From positions 1-55,368 of IMG/VR virus record IMGVR_UViG_3300047294_000129: a stretch of DNA of 55,368 nucleotides. The stretch is one strand, 5' to 3'. This stretch comes from a virus (Duplodnaviria; Caudoviricetes). Below, piece by piece: positions 19,296-29,274 of this stretch (the stretch's first letter is position 1; each line of letters opens with the position of its first letter). The notes beneath the pieces are model-generated. The model worked only from the letters and a program-made list of their open reading frames with translations. It searched no databases and had not been told where the DNA came from. Position numbers and translations under genes: made by a program.

Positions 19296-20888
19296 TTAGT
19301 AATTTAACCCCACAGATTGACCGTACGTGTTGGTGCCGTCACAGAAAAAAGCAAAGATATCAAATTTTCCATTTGCGCTGGTGGTTGTAGGGGTAGTGCC
19401 GCCGGGGAACTTGAGCGTCGAACCACCCGAGAAAGTCACAGAAAATGAACCAGTGTAAGTTAATCTTAACAAATATGATTTGCCAGAAACTGATGAAGGC
19501 AAAACAATTGACGCATTAGCATTTAAGGTCAAAGCCTGATAGGTTCCATTCGCCAAATCAATTGTGAAAGATGATCCAGTTGCTGAAAAAACTTGTTCTG
19601 TGTAATTTGTAACGGTTGGGTTTGTGAGCGCTGGGGTGGTGTTAAGAACGACAGAACCTGTGCCAGTGCTAGCTGTTACACCAGTACCGCCATTTGCTAC
19701 CGCCAAGGTGCCCGCCACAGTGACGGCCCCAGTTGTAGCTGTGGATGGGGTCAGCCCTGTGGTGCCAAAACTAATGGAGGTAACGCCGCCACTCGCGGCA
19801 GTCGCCCATGTAGGTGCTGTGCCTCCACCATTGACGGTCAATACTTGTCCAGCGGTGCCAATACCTAGCTTGGTAAACGATGTGCCTGAGGCAAAATAAA
19901 CTATGTCACCCGCAGTGAACGAAGATAATCCTGTGCCACCATTTGCTAAAAGCAATGTGCCCGTAAGATCAGTCGCTGCAACATCGCCCCAAGTCGGAGC
20001 CAAGCCCGCTGTACCAGTGCCTGTTTGGCTTAAAAACTTTTTGCTGGTGGTTATATTGGCCGTAACCTTGTCCAGCGTGGTTGTTGTATTTGCATACAAC
20101 ATTTCGCCTTGGGCATAGCTTGAAATACCTGTGCCACCGTTAACTGCAATGAGCGTGCCAGCAAGGGTAATTACCCCTGTTGTAGCCGTGCTTGGGGTAA
20201 GCCCTGTTGTCCCTCCGCTGAATGAAGAAACGCCGCTAGCCGCACCAGTTGCCCATTGCGGGGCTGTTCCTCCGCCATTTACAGTCAATATTTGCCCAGC
20301 AGTTCCAATGGCAAGCTTTGTAAACGACGTACCAGTAGCAAAATAAACTAAATCGCCTGCGGTAAACGAAGATAATCCCGTTCCACCACTGGCTAGTTCC
20401 AATGTACCTGCAAGCACTATTGCGCCTGTTGTTGCAGTATTAGGTGTAAGGCCTGTTGTGCCTGCGCTGAATGACGTTACGCCACCAGTTGATGCCGCCC
20501 ACGTAGGTAGGCCTGCGGCAAGAGTAAGCACATGTCCGTTTGTGCCAGCGGTAAGCTTTGCAAGTGTGTTTATGGCTGAGGCGTAAACCAAATCGCCAGC
20601 GGCATACGTGCTAAACCCCGTACCGCCATTGCCTGAAACCAAGGTGCCAGCAACTGTCACTGCGCCACTTGTGGCTGTATTAGGCGTAAGTCCAGTGGAG
20701 CCAAATGAAATAGTGCTTACAGCAGTTATGGTTGGAGCAAACAGAGTTACCGTGCCCGCGTTATTTCGGTAGTAAAGCTTTCCATCAGCCTGATTGATGG
20801 CTAGCTCACCATTTGCCAATGCCGCAGGGACGTTGGTTGCGGTGTTTGAATAAAACAGTTGAATTGGGGTGTAGCCTGCTTGTGCCAT
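19296..20888 (-). CDS. Tail fibre protein with internal repeats (530 aa)
   Basis: GELAINQADGKLYY N-terminal motif; repeated GVTSFSxGTTGLTPxTATTG and NGGTG units. Confidence 0.8.
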   Translation of the reverse strand: MAQAGYTPIQLFYSNTATNVPAALANGELAINQADGKLYYRNNAGTVTLFAPTITAVSTISFGSTGLTPNTATSGAVTVAGTLVSGNGGTGFSTYAAGDLVYASAINTLAKLTAGTNGHVLTLAAGLPTWAASTGGVTSFSAGTTGLTPNTATTGAIVLAGTLELASGGTGLSSFTAGDLVYFATGTSFTKLAIGTAGQILTVNGGGTAPQWATGAASGVSSFSGGTTGLTPSTATTGVITLAGTLIAVNGGTGISSYAQGEMLYANTTTTLDKVTANITTSKKFLSQTGTGTAGLAPTWGDVAATDLTGTLLLANGGTGLSSFTAGDIVYFASGTSFTKLGIGTAGQVLTVNGGGTAPTWATAASGGVTSISFGTTGLTPSTATTGAVTVAGTLAVANGGTGVTASTGTGSVVLNTTPALTNPTVTNYTEQVFSATGSSFTIDLANGTYQALTLNANASIVLPSSVSGKSYLLRLTYTGSFSVTFSGGSTLKFPGGTTPTTTSANGKFDIFAFFCDGTNTYGQSVGLNY

Positions 20889-20897
20889 GTTTATCCT

Positions 20898-21173
20898 TTA
20901 TGTCGGCCCGTACTTGCCGCGATAAAGCGGCGACTGGTTGTCCTCGCCATTCAAAGGCAAATCGGGTCGCGGAAATCTTAAGTTGATTCGTTCTGTTTGC
21001 CTTGCTGGCAGCCTGTAGGGATCTAGCTCATCATTACAGCCTTGGTCGCAGACGCGAAGACCGGGGGCGTTTCGATCCTGCGACAACGCTATCAACGGTC
21101 GCTTCATCTTGCACCTATCGCAAACCGCAATAGCTATGACCGACAAGCCTTCTGTGTTTAAAAATCTAGGCAT
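20898..21173 (-). CDS. Small Zn-binding protein (~91 aa)
   Basis: CDRC...CDQGC, DPYRLPAR...LRFPRPD; GAGG RBS before ATG 21173. Confidence 0.75.
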   Translation of the reverse strand: MPRFLNTEGLSVIAIAVCDRCKMKRPLIALSQDRNAPGLRVCDQGCNDELDPYRLPARQTERINLRFPRPDLPLNGEDNQSPLYRGKYGPT

Positions 21174-21175
21174 GA

Positions 21176-22249
21176 TTACCTCGTGTACACAGAAATATTC
21201 GGTGCCCAATAAATGGGCGAATGATCCCGCTCTTCTTGTTCAGCCTCAAGCAAAAACTTGACGGCTTGGGTTTCAAGATATTGAATTTTTTCCGATGGAA
21301 CGCTAGGTAGCTCCATAGACATACGGTGCGCCAAGTTCATTAGCACAGCCTCGTACCAACGTTGCGGGATCTCCACCTCGCTGTACAAAGCGCCAACGTC
21401 CATGATTTGGCGGCTGCACCACGCAACAATCTGAACGAACGCGTTGTCTGGAACAGGCCAAACGTTGATGGTTGGCAGTGGAATTGATCTATCGAACCAA
21501 AATTGAAATGGCTGATTGCCAAGAAAGTTTTTGTTTGGCAGGTTGGTGTAGTCGTCTCTGTTGAGGCGCGACATTTGTATCTCTCGACCGTTTGTGCCAA
21601 AGTAGAGTTCACGCAGAGCCAATGTGGTTGCGCCTGTTGCTCGCATTCGGTAGTAGGGAACGCTGGCCCCCGGGTCAATGTCCTGCCACACCCATACGCC
21701 GTCAGTGATGGCGACGTTTGTGCCCGTATACAGCGGGTTCCACGTTATGCCATCAGCAGAGGATTCAAAAACGTAACTCCATGTCTGCGAACCTCCACCA
21801 GACACGTAAGGCAAAAATCCAACTGACGCTACGTATGTATTTTGACCAATGCCGTAATCAATTGAAATGTTGCCAGCGGCTGAAGCTTGTTGGCAGAATG
21901 TGTCGATATCGCCATCAAATGCGTTTGCGACCACGCCACCCGCCGAGGATGCAACCGTTCCTGTTGGGCGATCCATTGTTCTGTACAAGACATTCAATGC
22001 ATCAACGGTGCCCGCTGGCAATGAATAAATGTATTCTTCAGGCTTTGCGCCAACAATATTTTTTTGGATACACCAATACTGAATGCCGCGATTGGCAAGG
22101 TGGCTCAAAAAGAAAAACAACGACTCCCTAGCTGAAACCTGCTGCTCAGATGTAAGCTCTTCAGCCAATTTTCCACATCTACGCGCACCGTGCTCAATCA
22201 GTGTCTGTACGTCAATGACGGTGGTTCCAACTGTCCCTGAGTACGCCAT
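21176..22249 (-). CDS. Head-tail connector / tail tubular-like protein with an inserted beta-sandwich (357 aa)
   Basis: RLNRDDYTNLPNK...PFQFWFDR...WPVPD...IPQRWYEA pattern; central NAFDGD...SADGITW discoidin-like insert. Confidence 0.6.
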   Translation of the reverse strand: MAYSGTVGTTVIDVQTLIEHGARRCGKLAEELTSEQQVSARESLFFFLSHLANRGIQYWCIQKNIVGAKPEEYIYSLPAGTVDALNVLYRTMDRPTGTVASSAGGVVANAFDGDIDTFCQQASAAGNISIDYGIGQNTYVASVGFLPYVSGGGSQTWSYVFESSADGITWNPLYTGTNVAITDGVWVWQDIDPGASVPYYRMRATGATTLALRELYFGTNGREIQMSRLNRDDYTNLPNKNFLGNQPFQFWFDRSIPLPTINVWPVPDNAFVQIVAWCSRQIMDVGALYSEVEIPQRWYEAVLMNLAHRMSMELPSVPSEKIQYLETQAVKFLLEAEQEERDHSPIYWAPNISVYTR

Positions 22250-22258
22250 TATTTTTCC

Positions 22259-22579
22259 TTACCATTTGAATGAAGACTTTGTTTTTTTAGCCGCAGAAAC
22301 TTTTCCGCCTTTTTTTCTTGTCATCGCTTCTTCTCGAGGCGTAAGAGGCCGCGTTTTTAATATCTGCCTTATATCGCCTATGGTTTGAGGCCCGCTTGGC
22401 GGGGACGTTTTTGCTTTTTGCTCTATCATCTTCTTGATACCATCGGGCACGGGCACGCGCGGGCCAGACGGTGATACTGGCGGCGCAGTAACGACGGGTT
22501 TAGGTTTATTCAGCGGCATCCCAATTGGGGGTTTATTCAACGGCATCCCCATTGGGGGCCTGCTTTTACCAAATCTCAT
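22259..22579 (-). CDS. Basic Pro/Lys-rich small protein ending in RKKGG (106 aa)
   Basis: AAGGAA RBS; PPxGMPLNK duplicated. Confidence 0.65.
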   Translation of the reverse strand: MRFGKSRPPMGMPLNKPPIGMPLNKPKPVVTAPPVSPSGPRVPVPDGIKKMIEQKAKTSPPSGPQTIGDIRQILKTRPLTPREEAMTRKKGGKVSAAKKTKSSFKW

Positions 22580-22597
22580 GATGTTCCTTGTTTTAAA

Positions 22598-22846
22598 TCA
22601 CCAATTTGGACAGTTCCAACGCTTTAGCGAAGCCTTTGCGCGAGGAGCGTCTCCCTTAGCATGCTCGACCACCCCAGACATTCTTGCGCAAAACGAATCT
22701 TTTCTGGCCCCGCCTTTTGGTTGTGGCGCTTTTAGATTGGAACCCGTTTCGCGATTATATTTTTCTCTGCCTTTTTTGGTAAGCCCAGCCCCTTTATTTG
22801 TTGGCAGCTTTTCACCACGTCCAACAGATAATTTAGGGTTTGCCAT
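22598..22846 (-). CDS. Small basic phage protein (DUF6321-like, 82 aa)
   Basis: GAGLTKKGREKYNRETGSNLKAP...SFCARMSG...SLKRWNC. Confidence 0.75.
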   Translation of the reverse strand: MANPKLSVGRGEKLPTNKGAGLTKKGREKYNRETGSNLKAPQPKGGARKDSFCARMSGVVEHAKGDAPRAKASLKRWNCPNW

Positions 22847-25474
22847 TTACGCCTGAGCCTCTTTCCATGAAAGCCTTGCCAGAATTGTTGCGGCTGCCGC
22901 GCCAGTGTTGGTGGCTGACACGTAAACCACATCAGGGCCGTCTGGGTAGAAACCCTGACGCGTTGTTGATAAGGTGTTTGAAAATCCACCGCCCAAAATT
23001 GAGTTACCAAGATCTCGCACGTCTCGCAAGTCCAGCGTTGTTTGGCCGTTGGTGTTTGTGAACGCCGCAATAGCTGACTCGCCACCCGTGATCGTTGCGG
23101 TTGTGGTTGTATTCAACGCGACTTGCGCCAACGAAGAACTGATTTGCGAACCAACAACTGGTCGAACAAACTGCCCTGAAAAATTGGTTACAAAGGCGTT
23201 CAATGTCAATTGAATTAGGAACGGGCCACTTGTTACAACGCCTAATTCGTAGGGCTGCAACTGCATGTGGTTCACAATTTCTTTTGCGCCAAATAAACCC
23301 GTTGTTCCGCTATCAACGGCTGGAGCTATTCGCAAAGCAATAATAGGCACGGTTGCGCCAGCGGGAATGCTGATTGTGGAAGTTGAGCCAAAATTGAAAA
23401 TCAATGATTTGTCATCATCAAATCTTCCATCCATGATGACAGACGAACCCCAGTGGTTGAGCACAGTCGTTGTGTCAGGGGAAACGTATTCAACGCCAAC
23501 AAGGGCCGTTGAAGTGTAAATAAAATTTTGCGCGGCAAGAGTCGCTCCAGTTTGTGCTCGAGCGCTTATCACAAAACTTGTTGCAGTTTTGAGCGAATAA
23601 TTCATTATCTCTGCCGTTCCATTAACGCCAGCATTTTGCACCCTGATAGCGCCAGTTGGAGGAAACCCAGCGGTTGAAGTGACAAACAGACTTGATCCCG
23701 CAACCTCGGCTGACGAATATGTAGCGGTAATTTGAGTTGCTGGAGAAATGCCGTCCACCTCGTAGTGAGCGGGTAAATTGCCTGACCGCATGTAGGCTTC
23801 GTATTCGATGTTGCTGCTTTGCAATGAATGGCAATAAATAATTGCACCGCCAGCGGCTCTTACGCCCCAGCGAATTACGCCAGCGCCATACCACGAGTAA
23901 TCAACAAACCACATTTGCATGCGGGTAAGATCCATGTTGAATCCAGAAGGGCCTGTGCCATTAAGAGGGTCTTGCCATTGTGAGCGCGGAATACGCAAGT
24001 CTCGTGTTCGTGAAACCGTAAAGCCGCCAGTTGTAGAGCCGCTGTATGACTCGCCGCGATACTCTGGCGAAATATGCAGTATGGTGTCGCTTTGAATATT
24101 TATCACGCGATACGATTGACCACGAATAACAATGTAATCGCGCACCGTAAGTTGCGTGCTAAAAGCCGTATTAAGACCTGTAACCGTTCCTGATCCAAGT
24201 GTTACTTGAACCGTCCCAGTAAGTTGCAACGTGCTATTGCGTCTAACGGCAAACAATTCTTGGCCGTCGTATTCAAAAAAAGCGCCGTTCTGCTGATCAA
24301 AAATACCCATCCTGTTTACGCTACCGTACCAACTAATTGGGCCAACTCTAAATTGAGTGGCTGTGGTGGCGGGCGAAACAGAAGGCGGTGTAATTGATTG
24401 ATATGTAAAGGTGTTTAACGTTGGAGTCGTTAAAATTGTAAAATTGCCGTTGTATTCAATTTGATTACATTGCGCAATTTGCACAACCGTACCAACGGCC
24501 ATATTGTGCGCACCTTGGGTTGTAACTGTAATTGTTTGCCCAAAGGAAGTTATGGATTGCGTTGGCAAAGTAGGCTGCACAGACGAACCAGTAGAAAACT
24601 GTATAGCCTTACCTGACTGATAGCGGAAGTATCTTCGGGTTTGGCGAATCAGTTGGGCGTTTGGTATTGCTGCGCCTGACGTAAACGAAACACCACCGTC
24701 GGTTGGTCGATTAACAAGAAATCCAGCGGGTCTGGAAAAAACAGTTGTGTTACCAGCGGTATTTGTAATGCCGCTTGCATTGTTAATTGATGTAAATGTA
24801 AAAGTGCTTGCAGTAGGCGCAGAGTCAACTACCCACGCTCCATTAGGCGGATTTGATCCACCCGCGCCTGTGATAAAGATCTGATTGCCCCTACTGAGGC
24901 CGTGTGGCGCAAGCGTAGTGACAGTGACGGTTGTGCCAACAGCGGTCATGGAGTTGGTGCCAATATTAAAACCGCATCTTGAAAAAAAGTTACCAGCGTA
25001 AGCGTAGGTGTTGGCAGGGTTTGCGTAGTTAGCGCCAGCGGTTACAACACCGCCCGCTCTAAACGTACACTGTAGGCCGCCAGATGACTCGACGTACCAA
25101 ACGCCATCTACGTTTACGTTGAGCGAATTTTGAATAAATATTGGCTGACCAACGGCTGGCGGCGTACCAGAGGCAAGATTGAGCGTCATCATTGAGCGCG
25201 GTGATGCGCCATCAGAAGTGATGCCGCCAGAAAAATTTATTGCAATCGGAACTTGTGGGTCGAAATAAATACTTGGCCGATTGTTTTGCAACGAAATAGA
25301 TTCCCACTTTGTGGGTTGCAAGCCGTACTCAAAGTCGGTGTCAATCAGCGACTGAGGCAATGAAACGCGGAGCTTATCAACGCCATCGTATGCGTGTGAT
25401 CGAGCCGCGCCCTGAAGGTTGCCTTGGGTATTATTTTGTGTATTTGGCGAATTTTGTGCTACTTGTATCGACAT
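22847..25474 (-). CDS. Large beta-rich virion structural protein (~875 aa)
   Basis: DKLRVSLPQSLIDTDFEYGLQPTKWE; RQTRRYFRYQSGK; DYSWYGAG; repeated VTT.A.H..G units; AAGGAA RBS before ATG 25474. Confidence 0.7.
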   Translation of the reverse strand: MSIQVAQNSPNTQNNTQGNLQGAARSHAYDGVDKLRVSLPQSLIDTDFEYGLQPTKWESISLQNNRPSIYFDPQVPIAINFSGGITSDGASPRSMMTLNLASGTPPAVGQPIFIQNSLNVNVDGVWYVESSGGLQCTFRAGGVVTAGANYANPANTYAYAGNFFSRCGFNIGTNSMTAVGTTVTVTTLAPHGLSRGNQIFITGAGGSNPPNGAWVVDSAPTASTFTFTSINNASGITNTAGNTTVFSRPAGFLVNRPTDGGVSFTSGAAIPNAQLIRQTRRYFRYQSGKAIQFSTGSSVQPTLPTQSITSFGQTITVTTQGAHNMAVGTVVQIAQCNQIEYNGNFTILTTPTLNTFTYQSITPPSVSPATTATQFRVGPISWYGSVNRMGIFDQQNGAFFEYDGQELFAVRRNSTLQLTGTVQVTLGSGTVTGLNTAFSTQLTVRDYIVIRGQSYRVINIQSDTILHISPEYRGESYSGSTTGGFTVSRTRDLRIPRSQWQDPLNGTGPSGFNMDLTRMQMWFVDYSWYGAGVIRWGVRAAGGAIIYCHSLQSSNIEYEAYMRSGNLPAHYEVDGISPATQITATYSSAEVAGSSLFVTSTAGFPPTGAIRVQNAGVNGTAEIMNYSLKTATSFVISARAQTGATLAAQNFIYTSTALVGVEYVSPDTTTVLNHWGSSVIMDGRFDDDKSLIFNFGSTSTISIPAGATVPIIALRIAPAVDSGTTGLFGAKEIVNHMQLQPYELGVVTSGPFLIQLTLNAFVTNFSGQFVRPVVGSQISSSLAQVALNTTTTATITGGESAIAAFTNTNGQTTLDLRDVRDLGNSILGGGFSNTLSTTRQGFYPDGPDVVYVSATNTGAAAATILARLSWKEAQA

Positions 25475-25488
25475 GACATTCCTTTGCA

Positions 25489-25517
25489 AAAACTGCAAGG
25501 GCATGGTGGCCCTTGCA
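25489..25517 (-). terminator. Terminator-like hairpin after the GG-repeat gene
   Basis: TGCAAGGGC-CACCAT-GCCCTTGCA followed by GTTTTT on the minus strand. Confidence 0.55.
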
Positions 25518-25540
25518 TAAATTAACGCACAACCTATAAA

Positions 25541-26659
25541 TTAACACATTCCTGTGTCGCCGCCTTTTTTGTACATGCGGGTGCGCATTTGCTTGGCCTG
25601 AGGCTTGAATACGTCATCACGCAATGCGCGTGAAGAATTATTTGTTGCCATAGGGGCAGCAGCTTTTGCCATTGTTTTTGCCATTGGTTTTGCCATAACT
25701 GCTCGGCCACCTCTGGCGTAAGCGCCAGAGAAGTTGACCTGACCAGTGGCTGGAGGCGATGGCTTCTTCATGCCTTGCGGCATTTTTTCAGCTTTGCCTG
25801 TGTCAACCATGCCGCCCATTGCGTAACCTTTTTTTACTGGCTTGGCGGTTTTTGCCGACTCAATAAAATCTTTACGCGATGGAGCGCCTGCTGCACCAAC
25901 TTTACGCATTTTTTCGCCAGATCCTTTAGCGATTCTTTCACGTTTTGCATTAATGTTTTCATACAAGCCGCCTCCTTTAGCCATTTTTCCCTTGCCGTCA
26001 GCCGCAAAAGCAGGCACTTTTTTGCCTTCTTTCATGGTCATAGGCATGCCGCCATCTTTGTAACCACCAGCATTGCTCATAGCCACGCCGCCAGTCTTGT
26101 AACCGCCTGCGTTGCTCATAGCTACGCCACCAGTTTTATAGCCGCCACCATTGCTGTTTGCTACGCCGCCAGTCGCCATCTTGCCGCCATGCTTGAGCTT
26201 CAGCTTTGTTTTGTCTGCATGCTGTTGCGTGTCGTGCTGCTTCATGGCCTTTTGAACCATGGCCTTGTCTTGCGCCTTGTCAGCCATGCCACCTTCAGCT
26301 TTTCCAAACTTTCCTAAAACGCCTTTTGCGGCCTTGGTTCCCATCTTGGCTAACGGGTTTGCCGCAGATCCATTTACAACTGGCCTGCCTTTAAAAGCGG
26401 GATTGTCAAGAATCTTTTTAAAAGAGTTGGAGGCAGTATTAGCAGGCTTCACAAGCGGCTTGAACAGAGCGCCCTTTGGAGCCGCAGCCGCGCTTGCAAT
26501 ACTTTTGGCAACCTTAGCCGCACCACCAAAAGCCATCTTTTTATGACCGCTTTCAGCGTGACCGCCGTCTTTAAAGTTGACGTGCCCACCTTTTTTCAAC
26601 TTCAAAATCACTGATGGCTCAGTGGTTTCCATTTTTACCATTGGTTTGAATTGACCCAT
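25541..26659 (-). CDS. Basic Gly/Lys/Met-rich protein with about 13 x-[AK]-x-GG motifs (372 aa)
   Basis: LKKGG, FKDGG, MAFGG, KAEGG, LKHGG, MATGG, YKTGG x2, YKDGG, MAKGG, YAMGG, YARGG, YKKGG; 39-bp tandem repeats near 26055-26175. Confidence 0.8.
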   Translation of the reverse strand: MGQFKPMVKMETTEPSVILKLKKGGHVNFKDGGHAESGHKKMAFGGAAKVAKSIASAAAAPKGALFKPLVKPANTASNSFKKILDNPAFKGRPVVNGSAANPLAKMGTKAAKGVLGKFGKAEGGMADKAQDKAMVQKAMKQHDTQQHADKTKLKLKHGGKMATGGVANSNGGGYKTGGVAMSNAGGYKTGGVAMSNAGGYKDGGMPMTMKEGKKVPAFAADGKGKMAKGGGLYENINAKRERIAKGSGEKMRKVGAAGAPSRKDFIESAKTAKPVKKGYAMGGMVDTGKAEKMPQGMKKPSPPATGQVNFSGAYARGGRAVMAKPMAKTMAKAAAPMATNNSSRALRDDVFKPQAKQMRTRMYKKGGDTGMC

Positions 26660-26671
26660 GACATTCCCCTA

Positions 26672-27649
26672 TTAGGTTGCAAGGTTTTGATTTACGCCGA
26701 TAGCGCCAAGACGTGTGGAGGTTGGCCCACATGCAAGACCCGTTACAGCAAGAGTCATCACCAGACGTTTGATACCGTCAGTGGCCGATGCAGGAGTGTA
26801 AGTTCCGCGAACGTCACCTGTGGTTGTAGTGGCAGTTGCTTGGTCAGCATTGACAAAGGTACCTGCCGCATCAGCCAACGTATTGTTGTAGCCAATGTGA
26901 ACAATGTAACCAAAGTCAGTTACGCGGATGGGGCAACCCAAGATATCGGTGGTGCCTACAACACAAGCTGTAGCTGAGCCAGCGATAGCCACGTTGCTAA
27001 CTTGGAAGAACGCTTTCTTACCGCTAACAGCCGTACCTGCGGAAGCAACAGTAATTACTTCTGACATAAGTTGTCCGTAGACATCGTAGCCAGTAATGGT
27101 GAAAGCGCGAGCTGTAGTAGAGCAGTTAACTTGCAATGCACGAGGTACATCAAGTTGAACCACGTTGGTGTTATCTGCACGTAGCACATATCGACCGCCA
27201 AGAGTGCTAGTGGTCAGCAAACTTAAGTTTTGAGCAGCAGCGGCAGTTTGAGAAGCAACCACGTTTGCTGTGTTTAAAACAACTGGAACAGTATCCCAGA
27301 CGTAAATGCGACCTAGAGGGCCTACGCCTAAATCCATTTGTGAAGGATCTGCAATGAAGTCTTCAAAACCGCCAACCATAGTTGTTGAGGTGGCAGTAGC
27401 TGAGTTGTTGACGTTGTAAGTTCCAATGCCACCAATACCTGTGCCAAAAGAAGTGATGAAAGTGCCAGCCGTGACGCTGGTGCCGTTAATGAACATGCCA
27501 ACTTGTAGCGGCGCACCATTAAGAAGAGCGGTAACTGTTAATACAGTTGTTGCTTGAGAGCCAGTGAAAGTGGCAATGTTTTGTTGCCGAGTGAGGCCCA
27601 TGTTAGTTTGAGCAGAACCTAAAAAAAGATCATCTGAAAATTGAGGCAT
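26672..27649 (-). CDS. Capsid-associated structural protein (325 aa)
   Basis: Directly after the MCP; MPQFSDDLFLG...GDVRGTYTP...DGIKRLV; GGAG RBS. Confidence 0.7.
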   Translation of the reverse strand: MPQFSDDLFLGSAQTNMGLTRQQNIATFTGSQATTVLTVTALLNGAPLQVGMFINGTSVTAGTFITSFGTGIGGIGTYNVNNSATATSTTMVGGFEDFIADPSQMDLGVGPLGRIYVWDTVPVVLNTANVVASQTAAAAQNLSLLTTSTLGGRYVLRADNTNVVQLDVPRALQVNCSTTARAFTITGYDVYGQLMSEVITVASAGTAVSGKKAFFQVSNVAIAGSATACVVGTTDILGCPIRVTDFGYIVHIGYNNTLADAAGTFVNADQATATTTTGDVRGTYTPASATDGIKRLVMTLAVTGLACGPTSTRLGAIGVNQNLAT

Positions 27650-27678
27650 CGTCTTCTCCTTGAAAAGCTTGACGTATT

Positions 27679-27710
27679 AAAAAAAGGGGCGAGATTTTTT
27701 GTCCCGCCCC
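27679..27710 (-). terminator. Intrinsic terminator after the major capsid gene
   Basis: GGGGCGGGA-CAAAAAA-TCTCGCCCC followed by T7 on the minus strand. Confidence 0.8.
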
Positions 27711-27728
27711 ACTTTGCACTACTCGGTG

Positions 27729-28643
27729 TTACACGCCCGGTGTGCCGTACATGGCACGCCAGTCAGTGAAGCCAACGTCGTAACGCTCTGTTGCTTTGTA
27801 GCGCATAGAGTCAGTTTCGAAGTCACCTTCCATGGTTTTCTCCAGCTTGCGGCGCATCAAAAGCTTCATGCCTTCGGGCGCGTCAGTCTGAACCCACCAT
27901 GCGTTAGGTGAAGTCAAACGAGACAGCACTGCGGCACCTTGGTCGAGCAGACCAATGGCTTTAACAGGGTTGATGTCGTTGTTTGCTGTACCAGAACGCA
28001 AGACAGATTTCAACAAAACTTCCGCTTGGAAAATGTTGCCGGGGGCAACCACCAATTGCTTGGGAACCAAACGAATACGCTTACCGTTGTTGTCAACAGC
28101 TTGACGGATTTGAATCAGCATCTGTTCGAGAGATGTTTGAGACAAGTTTGCGGCAGTGGACAACAAATTGCTAGCGGTGCCGCTAACGATTGGGTGCGCG
28201 TTGGAGTTAAGTTGAATGCCATCGCCACCGGGGTAAGAGGCGTTGAAGGCGCGGTTCAAAATGTTAGCTGACAAGGTTTCTTTGGTTTCAATCAAAGACT
28301 GAGCCAAATGTCGAGCGTAAACATTACCAATACGAATGTGGTCGCCATCTTCCACAAGCACTTTGGTCAACGCGAAGGCCAAGCCATACACGTTATACAC
28401 ATAGCGCTTCAGGAACAGCACGCCGCCTTGTTGGTAGCTAACGGGTGAACCGTCAGGCAACTGAGGAGCGGCACCAAATCCATAAAGGACAGGCTCTTCA
28501 TGATAGTTACGAGGAATACCTTCAGACTCACGAAAAACTCGTGACCATTCATCGGTACGTTGGTCATAGACTCCATCGAAGCACTCGTTGAGAATTGGTT
28601 CAACGATGCTTCTAAAGTCCGTACTGCGCATTGGAGCGGCCAT
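27729..28643 (-). CDS. Major capsid protein (304 aa)
   Basis: GFGAAPQLPDG...YGLAFALTK...HLAQSLIETKE...PKQLVV...NDINP...EGDFETDSMRYKATERY...DWRAMYGTPG; GGAGG RBS. Confidence 0.9.
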   Translation of the reverse strand: MAAPMRSTDFRSIVEPILNECFDGVYDQRTDEWSRVFRESEGIPRNYHEEPVLYGFGAAPQLPDGSPVSYQQGGVLFLKRYVYNVYGLAFALTKVLVEDGDHIRIGNVYARHLAQSLIETKETLSANILNRAFNASYPGGDGIQLNSNAHPIVSGTASNLLSTAANLSQTSLEQMLIQIRQAVDNNGKRIRLVPKQLVVAPGNIFQAEVLLKSVLRSGTANNDINPVKAIGLLDQGAAVLSRLTSPNAWWVQTDAPEGMKLLMRRKLEKTMEGDFETDSMRYKATERYDVGFTDWRAMYGTPGV

Positions 28644-28659
28644 TTTTTAGTCCTCCTGT

Positions 28660-29244
28660 TTAAGCAAATGCGGTAAGTGAACCGAACATTTGTGATTCTG
28701 CATTAACGGCACGAACAATGGTGAAGGCATCGCCCCACGCGTTGTTCAAGTCGGGCGAAATGTCAACAATGCGCATTTGACCTTGGACACCGTTACCACT
28801 CAAAGTGTTGGACAACGTGGCCGCAGACAAACCTGTGACTTGCGAACCTGACGCTAAAGCGGCAGTTGTGAAATCGGCTTCGTTGCCGATTGCAGTTTGT
28901 GCAACCGAGCCATTAGCCTGAATTTCGTAAACGATGTTGATGTCGTTGTAGAAATACGCAACACACGAACCTGTTTGGTAAGTGGTGTTAGCGGGCCATT
29001 GGTTATTGACACGGCGCAAACCTGTTGCATCGGTGTACTCCACACCAGCAAAGGCACCAGCAAAAGCTTCGGTGCCAGTGACAGGGGTAATTGTTCCACC
29101 CGACGCTACATACTTGACGGGCTGACCCTTCAAGATGTTTGAGGCCAAACCTGACGCGATTCCGCCAGCAAGCGCTTGTGCACGATCCAAACCAGAGGGG
29201 TGGAACGACGGGCGCAGACCGAACGGAGCATTAATTGAAGACAT
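28660..29244 (-). CDS. Capsid cement/decoration-like protein (194 aa)
   Basis: NAPFGLRP...GAFAGVEYTD...IVYEIQA; immediately before the MCP. Confidence 0.65.
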   Translation of the reverse strand: MSSINAPFGLRPSFHPSGLDRAQALAGGIASGLASNILKGQPVKYVASGGTITPVTGTEAFAGAFAGVEYTDATGLRRVNNQWPANTTYQTGSCVAYFYNDINIVYEIQANGSVAQTAIGNEADFTTAALASGSQVTGLSAATLSNTLSGNGVQGQMRIVDISPDLNNAWGDAFTIVRAVNAESQMFGSLTAFA

Positions 29245-29274
29245 AGTCTCACTCCTTGTTTAAAAAAACTTTGC

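Noticed and set aside
19296-20888. Internal repeats in the tail fibre as a novel element
   Set aside because: These are ordinary Gly/Thr-rich fibre shaft repeats explained by the CDS.
22847-26659. A true ubiquitin-like conjugation system suggested by GG motifs and FCCH-like beta repeats
   Set aside because: No beta-grasp Ubl, E1/ThiF, E2 or JAB motifs are seen; the GG motifs are internal and the beta repeats are typical of virion structural proteins.
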